64,000 nucleotides of DNA, taken from the NCBI GenBank assembly GCA_963837955.1, contig CAWIPH010000002.1, positions 2,720,001 to 2,784,000 of the forward strand, in the 5' to 3' direction. Below the pieces are notes generated by a model that was given only the letters and a program-made list of their open reading frames with translations, did no database searches and had not been told where the DNA came from. This stretch comes from an uncultured Verrucomicrobiae bacterium (GTDB lineage: Bacteria > Verrucomicrobiota > Verrucomicrobiia > Chthoniobacterales > JAFAMB01). Positions 28,820 through 37,736 of this stretch are shown piece after piece (the first letter of the stretch is position 1; the number at the start of each line of letters is the position of its first letter). Both the position numbers and the translations under genes were made by a program.

Positions 28820-29293
28820 CTAACCGGTACGTCGCAACACCCCACCCCGCACAATCGCCGCACGCAGACCGCCATTTCCTTTAAGTGCAGTGTGCGCACC
28901 AGGACCGAAAGCGCGTTCCATCCAATAACAAGGGCGGCACTCTTCCGTTCCCCGGAACTGGAGGCCCTGGATCTCAAACGTCTCACCGATCAAATCGTTC
29001 AAATTCACTCCGCGGGTGATCACGTTGCGGCGAAATACTTCAGTCGGACGATCCCAAACGTCGAGCTTGAGGCAAAGCTCGTCGTAAACCTCCTCGGCAA
29101 AGAAAGTGATCTGACCCTTGTAGTTTTCGCTGAAACCAAAATAACGGTCTCCCTCGATTCCTTCGCCGACGACACACTGAATCTCGTTAACTTCTTGCGC
29201 GGGATGGCTGGATGGCTCTTTCCCGTGGTGGCCGACAAAGTTGTGACCAGGAGAGATGTAAAGATGCCGAATATCGAATTCAACTAGTACCAC
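28820..29293 (-). CDS. MOSC domain protein
   Basis: GIEGDRY, FRRNVITRGVNLN, CRPCYWM and GGLRA. Confidence 0.88.
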   Translation of the reverse strand: MVLVEFDIRHLYISPGHNFVGHHGKEPSSHPAQEVNEIQCVVGEGIEGDRYFGFSENYKGQITFFAEEVYDELCLKLDVWDRPTEVFRRNVITRGVNLNDLIGETFEIQGLQFRGTEECRPCYWMERAFGPGAHTALKGNGGLRAAIVRGGVLRRTG

Positions 29294-29330
29294 ACTTTAG
29301 AATAAACGCTTCGGTCCTTCCTGCCAAATG

Positions 29331-29617
29331 AGGAACGCCGAGAGCGCGCCGAGAACGCCGGGAACGCCGGGAACGCCGGGAACGCCGGGAACGCCGACAA
29401 TGTGATGAACGCTGAGAACGAAAAGCAAGTCGAGAATGCGTGAACGCAAGGAATGTGTGGGAGTCCGATCAACTTCCTCTCAGCCGCCAGGGGTCGATTC
29501 TGCGAGCGATCGCTAAACTACTGTTCGCCGGTGTCGTCGTCGTTCCCGGGGTCGCGGCGCTGTCGGCGTTCTCGGCGCTCTCGGCGTTCCCGGCGATGAC
29601 GGCGCTCTCGGCGTTCC
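29331..29617. repeat. Inverted nonamer arrays (GGGAACGCC)n ... (GGCGTTCYC)n, family B copy 1
   Basis: Forward units at about 29331-29455 and reverse-complement units at about 29521-29617, in the divergent MOSC/fdhD gap. Confidence 0.85.
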
Positions 29618-29632
29618 AAGTGCTCCTCCCCG

Positions 29633-29661
29633 TTGCAGACCTCGAGAAGCGCAGTTATCCT
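29633..29661 (+). promoter_or_regulatory. Putative sigma70 promoter for fdhD
   Basis: TTGCAG-17 bp-TATCCT, 5 bp before the GTG at 29667. Confidence 0.4.
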
Positions 29662-29666
29662 AATAG

Positions 29667-30536
29667 GTGGCTTCGCCTGAAGACACCATGCTGGTAGGAT
29701 CGAAACGACTCACGATCGAACGGTTTAGCGCAGAGCGACCTCCGCAAAACGCTAGTGACACAGTGACGGTCGAAGAGCCGTTGGAGATCCGTGTTCGATT
29801 TCGCCGCGGCCCAAACGTTGTTCAAAAACCGGTTTCGGTGACCATGCGTACACCGGGATCCGATCGGGAACTCGCGGTGGGATTTTTATTTACGGAGGGA
29901 ATTGTCCACGCAGCCGCTTGGATTGAAGCCAGTGATGTCGAAAGTGACAAAGAAAACTCGATACTCCTGTCCCTGAATCAAGAGGTCGACTTGAAACGGC
30001 TGGAACGGCACTTTTATACCTCTTCGAGCTGTGGCATTTGCGGAAAGACCTCAATCGAGGCGCTCGCTATTAATCGTGAGATTTCTCTCCCCGATCGCAC
30101 GCCGCAGGTGAGCGTCGAAACAGTATTAGCCCTCCCAGAGAGACTTCTTGAGCAGCAGGCCCATTTTTCGAAGACGGGAGGCCTGCATGCCGCGGCGTTG
30201 CTCAGTTCAGATGGAAAGATCCGCGCGATCCGCGAAGATATCGGGAGACACAATGCCGTAGATAAGGTGATTGGTCACGCCCTGCTCTCAAAAGCGATCG
30301 ATCTCTCGGACTCTATCCTTATGGTGAGCGGTCGGGCAGGCTTTGAGTTGGTTCAGAAAGCCATCATGGCGGGTATTCCAATCATGGCGGCGGTCGGAGC
30401 CCCTTCTTCGCTGGCGGTGGAACTTGCGCGACGCTACGATCTCACCTTAATCGGTTTTCTGCGAGGCACCCGTTTCAACCTCTATTCGGGTCGCCAACGA
30501 ATGCCGGCGGCGGCTGAGCAGTTCGCGACTACTTAG
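29667..30536 (+). CDS. fdhD: Formate dehydrogenase accessory sulfurtransferase
   Basis: EEPLEI, MRTPG, SSCGICG, TGGLHAAA and EDIGRHNAVDK. Confidence 0.95.
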   Translation: MASPEDTMLVGSKRLTIERFSAERPPQNASDTVTVEEPLEIRVRFRRGPNVVQKPVSVTMRTPGSDRELAVGFLFTEGIVHAAAWIEASDVESDKENSILLSLNQEVDLKRLERHFYTSSSCGICGKTSIEALAINREISLPDRTPQVSVETVLALPERLLEQQAHFSKTGGLHAAALLSSDGKIRAIREDIGRHNAVDKVIGHALLSKAIDLSDSILMVSGRAGFELVQKAIMAGIPIMAAVGAPSSLAVELARRYDLTLIGFLRGTRFNLYSGRQRMPAAAEQFATT

Positions 30537-30557
30537 CTTGCAAGCATCAGCGCTGCC

Positions 30558-33053
30558 ATGGCTCAGCACAACTCGTCGTCTAATCACGGCCGAATCGTGC
30601 GTTCGTCGCAGCAGAAAGGACCTGATCGCGATTTGATGCCTGATGGATCGGTGCCAGGATCGCAGTCACCGATAGAGCCTGATCCGGCCGAACAAGCAAA
30701 GCGCCATAAAGTCGCGGGCGGTTTTGGAGCGATCGTGCAAACCACGCGCTACGTCATAGGAAGAATGGGAGTGACTCGCGGTACCTCGACGTTGCTCCGG
30801 CTAAATAAGGTTCACGGGTTTGATTGCCAGAGCTGCGCTTGGCCAAGTCCCGATGACCATCGCCATATCGCAGAGTTTTGTGAAAACGGCGCCAAGGCGA
30901 TATCGGATGAAGGGACGTTGCGCCGATTGACGCCTGAGTTTTTCGCGAAACACAGTATCCATCAACTCCTCCTGATGTCTGACTTCTGGCTCAACGAGCA
31001 AGGTCGGTTGATCCATCCGATGATTTTACGAGTCAGGTCCAAGCATTATGAACCCATCTCTTGGGACGAAGCATTCTCCCTTATCGCGGAAGAGTTGAAT
31101 CGGCTCGGATCCCCCCATCAAGCCGCGTTCTACACATCTGGAAGGACCAGTAATGAAGCAGCTTATCTCTACCAACTCTTCGCCCGGCAGTTCGGGACGA
31201 ATAACCTCCCGGACTGTTCCAACATGTGCCACGAATCGAGCGGCGCTGCTTTATCGGAAACGATTGGGAGCGCTAAAGGCACCGTGACCCTGTATGATTT
31301 CGACATAGCCGAGGCAATTTTTATCGTCGGCCAGAATCCGGGCACTAACCATCCCCGGATGTTAACTTCTCTGGAACGAGCAAAAAAGCGCGGCGCGAAA
31401 ATCGTAAGCATTAATCCGCTCCCTGAGACCGGCAATTTTCGGTTTAAGAATCCGCAAGACTTCAAAAACCCGGTAACTGCGCTGAAGTCCACCTTTGGTA
31501 GTGGCACTCACCTTTCCGATTTGTGGTTGCCGGTAAAAATCAACGGCGATCTCGCCTTGTTTAAAGGCATCATGAAAGAGATGCTTGCGGCCGAAGACCA
31601 AAAGCCTGGATCGGTTTTCGATCACGATTTCATCACAAGGTACACCGACGGTTTTGAACCTTTCATCGATTCGCTTCGGACCGCTCCGTGGGAGCCGGTT
31701 CTCGCGAGCTGCGGGTTGACCCGCGATCAGATCCGGCCGGCGGCGCAAATTGCGATGAACGCGAAGAGTATCATCTGTTGCTGGGCGATGGGCCTCACCC
31801 AACACCGCAACGCCGTGGCTACTCTGAGAGAAATCGTTAACTTTCTGCTGCTGTGCGGAAATATTGGGCGACCCGGCGCGGGCCCTTGCCGTGTGTGCGG
31901 CCATAGCAACGTACAGGGTGACCGGACGATGGGTATCTGGGGACAGCCGTCACCTGAGCTTCTCGATAAGTTGGCGGAACGGTATCACTTCGAGCCGCCT
32001 CGTGAGATCGGAACCGATGTCGTTGATACGATCAAAGCTATGCACTGGGGCCGGATCAAAATTTTCTTCGCCATGGGCGGAAACTTCCTATCGGCAACTC
32101 CTGACACCGAATTCACCGCTGAAGCTCTACAGAATTGTCGTCTGACTGCACACGTCTCAACCAAACTGAACCGTTCACATCTCATCACGGGACAGCAGGC
32201 ATTGATCCTCCCCTGCCTCGGAAGGTCCGAAATCGATGAACAGAAAGGCGGTCCGCAATTCGTAACGACTGAAGATAGTATGGGTATCATCAACCCATCT
32301 CGCGGACGGCTCCTCCCCGCTTCCGAACATCTGCTGAGCGAACCGGCGATCGTCGCCCGTCTCGCCCGGGCCGTGCTCAAAGAACGAAGCCAGCTCCCGT
32401 GGGAACAATGGATGAACGATTACTCGAAGATCCGCGACGAAATCGAGGCCGTCATTCCCGGATTTGACCGTTTCAACGAACGTATTGCGAAACACGTTTT
32501 CTATTTGCCAAATCCGCCGCGCGACAAGCGTGAGTTTGGAACAAAGAGCGGAAAAGCGAATTTTACGATCAACCAACTCGAGATCCTCGATATTCCGCCG
32601 GCCCATTTTGTCTTAACGACGATTCGGAGTCACGATCAGTTCAACACCACGATCTACGGACTCAATGACCGTTACCGCGGCATCTACAATGGGCGCCGCG
32701 TTCTGTTCATGAATCCTGAGGATATGAAGCAAGCTGGCCTTCAACAGGGCCAGCCTGTCGATATCACGAGCCGCTTCGAAGGTCAGGAACGCGAGGCTCA
32801 GCATTTCCTGGTGGCCCCTTATTCCATTCCTCGACAGTGCGTTGCGACTTATTTCCCGGAGGGTAACGTTCTCGTCCCGATCGGCAGCGCCGCCGCGATA
32901 AGTAATACCCCTACGTCCAAATCGATTATAGTCACCCTGACTCCGTCACCGAATGTCGAAGTTGTTCGCACCGAATTGTTCGCCAAGGTAGCGGAAGCGA
33001 AACGTTTGCCGGCCCAGATAGTCGCCGGGACCGCGAAGTTGGTAACGCGGTAG
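30558..33053 (+). CDS. FdhF/YdeP family molybdopterin oxidoreductase (copy 2)
   Basis: FDCQSCAW, EFCENGAKA, YTSGRTSNE, NLPDCSNMCHES and RSHDQFNTT. Confidence 0.9.
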   Translation: MAQHNSSSNHGRIVRSSQQKGPDRDLMPDGSVPGSQSPIEPDPAEQAKRHKVAGGFGAIVQTTRYVIGRMGVTRGTSTLLRLNKVHGFDCQSCAWPSPDDHRHIAEFCENGAKAISDEGTLRRLTPEFFAKHSIHQLLLMSDFWLNEQGRLIHPMILRVRSKHYEPISWDEAFSLIAEELNRLGSPHQAAFYTSGRTSNEAAYLYQLFARQFGTNNLPDCSNMCHESSGAALSETIGSAKGTVTLYDFDIAEAIFIVGQNPGTNHPRMLTSLERAKKRGAKIVSINPLPETGNFRFKNPQDFKNPVTALKSTFGSGTHLSDLWLPVKINGDLALFKGIMKEMLAAEDQKPGSVFDHDFITRYTDGFEPFIDSLRTAPWEPVLASCGLTRDQIRPAAQIAMNAKSIICCWAMGLTQHRNAVATLREIVNFLLLCGNIGRPGAGPCRVCGHSNVQGDRTMGIWGQPSPELLDKLAERYHFEPPREIGTDVVDTIKAMHWGRIKIFFAMGGNFLSATPDTEFTAEALQNCRLTAHVSTKLNRSHLITGQQALILPCLGRSEIDEQKGGPQFVTTEDSMGIINPSRGRLLPASEHLLSEPAIVARLARAVLKERSQLPWEQWMNDYSKIRDEIEAVIPGFDRFNERIAKHVFYLPNPPRDKREFGTKSGKANFTINQLEILDIPPAHFVLTTIRSHDQFNTTIYGLNDRYRGIYNGRRVLFMNPEDMKQAGLQQGQPVDITSRFEGQEREAQHFLVAPYSIPRQCVATYFPEGNVLVPIGSAAAISNTPTSKSIIVTLTPSPNVEVVRTELFAKVAEAKRLPAQIVAGTAKLVTR

Positions 33054-33064
33054 CGATGCTTGAG

Positions 33065-33132
33065 CCTAAGACACCTAAGTCCCATAAGACTTATGAGGAC
33101 CTATGGGTCACATGGGACTTAGGTGTCTTAGG
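33065..33132. repeat. Family A nonamer hairpin with a perfect 21-bp inverted repeat
   Basis: cctaagacacctaagtcccat ... atgggacttaggtgtcttagg, between convergent genes. Confidence 0.9.
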
Positions 33133-33144
33133 AGGAACATCAGT

Positions 33145-33483
33145 CTACTTCGCGGCTCCCCGATAGACGATCGCCTGGACCCGCTCGAGCGTGACCAACC
33201 CGCCGGTAATTAATCCATCCAGCACGGGTAGAAAATCTCTAACTTTTTCCTCGCTATCGACTATCTCGATTACGATCGGCAAATCCATGGAGAGTCGAAG
33301 AATCTTTGTGGTGTGCAGATGACTCGATTTACCAAAACCCATCGGACCGCGGAGCACGGTCGCTCCGGCAAGTTTTCTTTCTCGCGCCTTCAACACAATC
33401 TGTTCGTAGAGTGATTTGCCCTGCCACTCGTCGGCCTCGCCGATATAGACCCGCAGGAGCATCGCATCATGAGGGACATCCAT
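33145..33483 (-). CDS. DUF190 (PII-like) protein
   Basis: LLRVYIGE, AGATVLRGPMGFG and LSMDLPIVIEIVD; its usual position after crcB. Confidence 0.9.
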   Translation of the reverse strand: MDVPHDAMLLRVYIGEADEWQGKSLYEQIVLKARERKLAGATVLRGPMGFGKSSHLHTTKILRLSMDLPIVIEIVDSEEKVRDFLPVLDGLITGGLVTLERVQAIVYRGAAK

Positions 33484-33499
33484 CTCTGTCTCCGAAGAC

Positions 33500-33889
33500 T
33501 TAACCAAGCACAAGCGTCGCTAACCACCAACCCGCCGCAACCATTCCGATACAGAGGATAGTTGAGAAAAAAATGTTGGCCAACGCTATCCAAAAACGTT
33601 TTTCGCGCAGAAGGTGAAAAGTTTGCAAGATAAACGAGGAAAAGGTAGTCAGGCCCCCGCAAATGCCAACCACAACGAAAGCGAGAACGATTTGGGCTAA
33701 GGCACGATGCAGCTCGGGTCTGGCGTAATTGAGTGCGAATCCGATGAGCAAACTCCCGGTCAGGTTCACCGCCAGAGTGCCAAAAGGTAACGTCTCTCCG
33801 ATCCGTTGAGCCACCCAGCCGGATAAGCCGTAGCGCCAGATACTGCCAATGGCTCCCCCAACAAAAACGAGAAGGATCACGCCAATCAT
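33500..33889 (-). CDS. crcB: Fluoride channel Fluc/CrcB
   Basis: GGAIGS..RY, PFGTLAVN and GICGGLTTFS. Confidence 0.92.
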   Translation of the reverse strand: MIGVILLVFVGGAIGSIWRYGLSGWVAQRIGETLPFGTLAVNLTGSLLIGFALNYARPELHRALAQIVLAFVVVGICGGLTTFSSFILQTFHLLREKRFWIALANIFFSTILCIGMVAAGWWLATLVLG

Positions 33890-34323
33890 TCTTCCCTCCC
33901 GTGCTGGAGCCGCCGCGCCAACGCTTCCATCAATCGCCCGGTCACAACGCAGACAAAATAGCCAGCGATAACCGCGCCCAGGCCGAGCAGGTGAGATGCG
34001 AGAATGTTCAGCAACGCTTCATTCCAGTCCCCGTTTTGCAACGATCGAAATGACAGGGCACTAAATGCGCTGAAGGTCGTGTATCCGCCGCAAAACCCAG
34101 TCATTAAGACTAAGCGGGCGTTAGGCCCCAAATAGAAGCGGCTATCCGGCTCGGAAAGACCCTGCAGGGCTCCAATCAAGAGCGAACCGGTGAAATTTAT
34201 GATCAACGTGGGCAACGGCGGCCACGAAGGATGCAGCCATTCGGCGACGCCGAAGCGGCAGAGGGTTCCGATTCCGCCGGCAATCCCAACCAATAAATAT
34301 CGACGGCGTACGCCCTTCTTCAC
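33886..34323 (-). CDS. crcB: Fluoride channel Fluc/CrcB (second of a tandem pair)
   Basis: GGIGTLCRF, TLIINFTGS and GFCGGYTTFS. Confidence 0.92.
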   Translation of the reverse strand: MKKGVRRRYLLVGIAGGIGTLCRFGVAEWLHPSWPPLPTLIINFTGSLLIGALQGLSEPDSRFYLGPNARLVLMTGFCGGYTTFSAFSALSFRSLQNGDWNEALLNILASHLLGLGAVIAGYFVCVVTGRLMEALARRLQHGREE

Positions 34324-34521
34324 TCGATTTTATGTCGCGCCAAACCACCCTCTTCGCGCGGGTTCAATTCGTTGTCCAGCGAGTTGTCGTAACGCTTCTA
34401 TTCACCTTTAGACAGAGTTATCGTGACGTTTTTCGCGCACGGCCACGGATCAACCCAAACCGGAAAAGTCTCGCGTACCATTCGCACTGGATTTTTTAGC
34501 CAGAACGGTAACTTAGCCCTC

Positions 34522-34863
34522 ATGCGCAGTTTGTTGTTATTTGCCCTGGCGACTGTAGCCAGCTCTCTTTGCCTTGCCGATGAGCCCACCGTTGATTCCC
34601 TCCCGACACCGGTGGCCAACACGCTTAAAGCGCAAGCTGGCAACGGAACCGTCCGAAACATTGAGACATTTCAGTGGGGCGATTCCATCATCTACAAAAT
34701 CGCGATCGACCAGAACGGGCAACCTTATCTGGAGCTGCAGATTGCAGACACCGGGCGGCTAGTTCGAGTAGATCAACTCGCTTCGGCAACGAGCGCAACG
34801 GATGATGATGATGATCAGACGGATGCTTCGCCGACACCGTCACCGAGTGCTCCTCCGCGTTAG
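34522..34863 (+). CDS. Small exported PepSY-like protein
   Basis: Signal peptide; LP.PV..T...G....IE.....Y......G...EL.I..TG pattern; acidic/Pro tail. Confidence 0.6.
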   Translation: MRSLLLFALATVASSLCLADEPTVDSLPTPVANTLKAQAGNGTVRNIETFQWGDSIIYKIAIDQNGQPYLELQIADTGRLVRVDQLASATSATDDDDDQTDASPTPSPSAPPR

Positions 34864-34897
34864 CCAAAGCGCGTCAACATGAGGAAGCTCCGATCAA

Positions 34898-35099
34898 TCC
34901 CCCGAAGGGGGAAGAGGACTCAGCCCGGGGTTTAACCCTGGTTTAACCCCGGGATCAGTCGTATTAACGCGGTATGCCCTGTAGGGGCACCAGGATCGAG
35001 CGTCACAGCCGACAACCCAATGGGAGCATTCTAATACTAGCGCCGCTTTCAGGGCGCAACGCTTCAAATACCTTGCCCGGGGTCAAAACCCGGGCTGAG
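34898..35099. repeat. Multi-hairpin palindromic element (family F)
   Basis: tcccccgaaggggga; ctcagcccggg...cccgggctgag arms; internal gccctgtaggggc and gccgctttcagggc. Confidence 0.75.
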
Positions 35100-35107
35100 A
35101 AAGATCG

Positions 35108-35257
35108 CAGCCTGTCCGTTATAGCTTTTGATGCATCGCGCTCAACGACCGTGCGCTTTTGCGGCGTCGGATCATCGCGATCCACGGCGCACGAGGATCC
35201 GACGTCGCGCTCAAGCATTCTGCATCAGGCATCGAAAGGGCTATGTCGGACAGGCTG
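35108..35257. repeat. 150-bp imperfect inverted repeat (rod-like hairpin)
   Basis: Outer arms cagcctgtccgttatagc and gctatgtcggacaggctg; inner arms gcggcgtcggatc and gatccgacgtcgc. Confidence 0.75.
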
Positions 35258-35353
35258 TGCGCCCTCCCGGAGAGGCAGAGAACCAGAAATCGGCATGATG
35301 CCGAGGCGCATGCGAGCCAGCCTGACTTTAGAAGATCAAACACGAATGGACTT

Positions 35354-35953
35354 TCACTTGTTATCGATGTCTTCCGGCGTATTCCAATTGGCGAACAACG
35401 GAATCTCTTCATCCCGAACCGGGTATTCGCCAACGAGTCGTTCGCTCAGGAGCCGCTGAACGAAGTCTTGCAGCCGGAGGTTTCGTTTCGAAATCTGTTC
35501 GATAGCAAAAGGAAGCGACGTCTTCGGGTAAACCGCGACGAGCGGTTCATAATGTTCGCCAATTCGCGGGACAATTCCGTAACCGGCACTGCATTTTTCG
35601 AGCAAGCTTAGCAAGATTGGCGCCTCAATTCGGGCAACGTCGACAGCCAAGCATAGTAGCAGGTCCGTAGTCGCCGCCTTCAGGCAAGAAGCGATCCCGC
35701 TCAAGGGACCAGCGTCTGGCCATTCGTCGTCAACTATTTTTGCACTGCTGAGATCTTCCGATCGAGCGGGACCGGAGCAAAACAGAGCCTCCGGTTCCAA
35801 GCTCCGCAAGACTCGAAGCTGCCGTACCCAGAGTGGTACGCTTTTACCCTCCCAGTTCACCGCGATCTGCGCCTTATCCCACCCCATCCGAACCGAGCGC
35901 CCTCCAGCTAACAATGCTGCAGAAAAACTGCTTTTGCACTGGGCTTTCCCCAT
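35354..35953 (-). CDS. mobA: Molybdenum cofactor guanylyltransferase
   Basis: LLAGGRSVRMG.DKA, GPLSG, EPLVAVY and NWNTPED. Confidence 0.9.
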   Translation of the reverse strand: MGKAQCKSSFSAALLAGGRSVRMGWDKAQIAVNWEGKSVPLWVRQLRVLRSLEPEALFCSGPARSEDLSSAKIVDDEWPDAGPLSGIASCLKAATTDLLLCLAVDVARIEAPILLSLLEKCSAGYGIVPRIGEHYEPLVAVYPKTSLPFAIEQISKRNLRLQDFVQRLLSERLVGEYPVRDEEIPLFANWNTPEDIDNK

Positions 35954-36048
35954 GCCCGACCTTCAAACAGGGAAAAAGCTTTCGCAAGAACGGGCCTTCT
36001 GCTTCATCGTGCACTGCGGGCGCCAGAATGCGCGCCGCTCCTGGGTTT

Positions 36049-36849
36049 ATGCAAAATCGTATCGATGAGCAGTTTGAGGCACTTCGTCGCAAGGGTCGAG
36101 CTGGGTTCACCGCCTATATCACCGGCGGAGATCCTAACTTGGAGCAGACCGTCGACATCGCCGTGGCGCTAGCAGAAGCAGGGACCGATTTTCTCGAGCT
36201 GGGAGTTCCTTTTTCTGATCCGTTGGCGGACGGTATCGCCAATCAGCTGGGAGCGCAGCGCGCCCTAGCCGCGGGAACCACTCTCCCAAAACTGCTCTAT
36301 ACCATTTCTCAGATTCGTAGCCGAATTCCGATACCGATCATTCTCTACAGTTATCTCAACCCGATCTATCAATATGGATTCGAGCAATTCGAGCAGGACG
36401 CGGTTGCCGTCGGAATCGATGGACTATTGCTCCTGGACCTGCCACCAGATGAGCATCTGGTATCAGATCGGAGCAGTTTTCTGCACCGAATCCGCTTGAT
36501 CGCACCCACTACAACCGAAGATCGAATCCGAACCATTGTCGCACGGGCCAGCGGCTTCATTTATTACGTTTCACGAGAGGGCGTGACCGGAGAGCAAAGC
36601 ACATTATCCGATTCGATTGCCGCCCAAGTAGAAAAGATTCGACGATATTCTGCCCTCCCGATTGCCGTCGGATTCGGAATCTCGACTCCAGAACAAGCCG
36701 CGCAGGTGGCCGCCCTGGCAGACGCTGTCGTCGTGGGGAGCGCGATCGTTCGGAGGATTGGGGAACTAGCGAATGATCCTGCGATCGCTGTCAAACTCCG
36801 GGAACTCGTTCGGCCTATGGTGCAAGCGGTTAAATCGGCGCAGAAGTAG
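36049..36849 (+). CDS. trpA: Tryptophan synthase alpha chain
   Basis: ELGVPFSDPLADG, YLNP, GVTG, VGFGIS and VVGSA. Confidence 0.95.
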   Translation: MQNRIDEQFEALRRKGRAGFTAYITGGDPNLEQTVDIAVALAEAGTDFLELGVPFSDPLADGIANQLGAQRALAAGTTLPKLLYTISQIRSRIPIPIILYSYLNPIYQYGFEQFEQDAVAVGIDGLLLLDLPPDEHLVSDRSSFLHRIRLIAPTTTEDRIRTIVARASGFIYYVSREGVTGEQSTLSDSIAAQVEKIRRYSALPIAVGFGISTPEQAAQVAALADAVVVGSAIVRRIGELANDPAIAVKLRELVRPMVQAVKSAQK

Positions 36850-37054
36850 CCTGGTGCTTCCTCCTCGTTCCCCCAAAGCCAAAAACACGGCGGGGCGTGT
36901 CGGTGATCGGTGAGAGGTGATTAGTGATTGGTGAAAGGGGGATGAGAGATTTCAGCCGAGGGGCTTGCCGATAGGCACCCGCCACTCGCCAATCACTTCT
37001 TACCTCTCACAATCGCTGCAGCCCTGGGTTCCTGAGCCAGGAGAATCAGGCTAC
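36846..37054. repeat. REPIN-like composite element (family D ends plus family C core)
   Basis: GTAGCCTGGTGC at the trpA stop; inverted GTAGCCTGATTCTCCTGGCTCAGG at 37031-37054; core homologous to 51842-51950. Confidence 0.8.
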
Positions 37055-37157
37055 GCTCTTCGAGCACGCCCACCAAGCAATAAGGCCGCGCCATAGCGAC
37101 GGCGGGACCAGTCCAGCGCGCAGAACCGTGAATTGGCCCAACGATTCCCGACCAAAC

Positions 37158-37188
37158 AAAAAAGGCCACATTGCCGTGGCCTTTTTTT
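37158..37188. terminator. Bidirectional rho-independent terminator
   Basis: aaaaaaggccac-attgcc-gtggccttttttt. Confidence 0.85.
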
Positions 37189-37201
37189 CGATTCGAAAAA
37201 C

Positions 37202-37594
37202 TCAGGCAGTCAGGTTCGGGAACCACTTCTTCCAGAGTGGAGTCAAGAAAGGATATTCCCAGCGTGCGCCGGTAAATGCCTTAATAATACCGAGAATCCA
37301 GACAACGAAGTACGCGATCCAGAAGACAAAGAGCAGCAATCCAAGAAGGATAGCGAAGAGCACTCCGATTACCGGTATGTGCGCAAAGATTTGCGTAAGA
37401 ATCGCAATCAGAAAGAACACAACGATAGCGCTGACCCCGAAATAGATGCTCTGTACCGCCCAGTGCCTGACGAAGCTGTCTTTCTTCTCGATGAAATAGA
37501 AGATGATTCCTCCAAGCGGCGCGAAGATTGCGCAGAGCCCAGCGGCCACGTTGGAGGGAAGTCCCGTATCGCTTGAAGCAGAAGGTCCAGACAT
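37202..37594 (-). CDS. DUF4870 family membrane protein
   Basis: TGLPSNVAAGL, EKKDSFVRHWAVQS and KAFTG..WEYP. Confidence 0.8.
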   Translation of the reverse strand: MSGPSASSDTGLPSNVAAGLCAIFAPLGGIIFYFIEKKDSFVRHWAVQSIYFGVSAIVVFFLIAILTQIFAHIPVIGVLFAILLGLLLFVFWIAYFVVWILGIIKAFTGARWEYPFLTPLWKKWFPNLTA

Positions 37595-37736
37595 AGATTA
37601 TAATTATATAGGAGACAAGAATTGGGGGCGATCGTAAAATCCGCCCTCAGAATGTCAAGATTTCGTGCGCAAGAATCAAGACTAACTTAATTGTTTCGAT
37701 TGGCAGGCGGCGATTTCGCGCTACTTTCCCCGCTCT

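Noticed and set aside
29331..29617. CRISPR array
   Set aside because: Units are contiguous 9-mers without unique spacers, and there are no cas genes. The same applies to the other short arrays.
29284..29697. ORFs with FPAFPA / SAFSAL repeats
   Set aside because: Artefacts of the family B nonamer arrays.
34324..34520. Fluoride riboswitch upstream of the crcB pair
   Set aside because: No GGCGATGG...GCTGATG-like core could be found on the minus strand.
35108..35257. 6S RNA
   Set aside because: The rod shape is suggestive, but the two halves are inverted copies of one unit, it sits among other repeats, and the usual zapA/ygfA context is absent. Kept only as a repeat.
36049..36849. trpA without trpB as an anomaly
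   Set aside because: Scattered trp genes are common outside enterobacteria, so this is not informative from one window.
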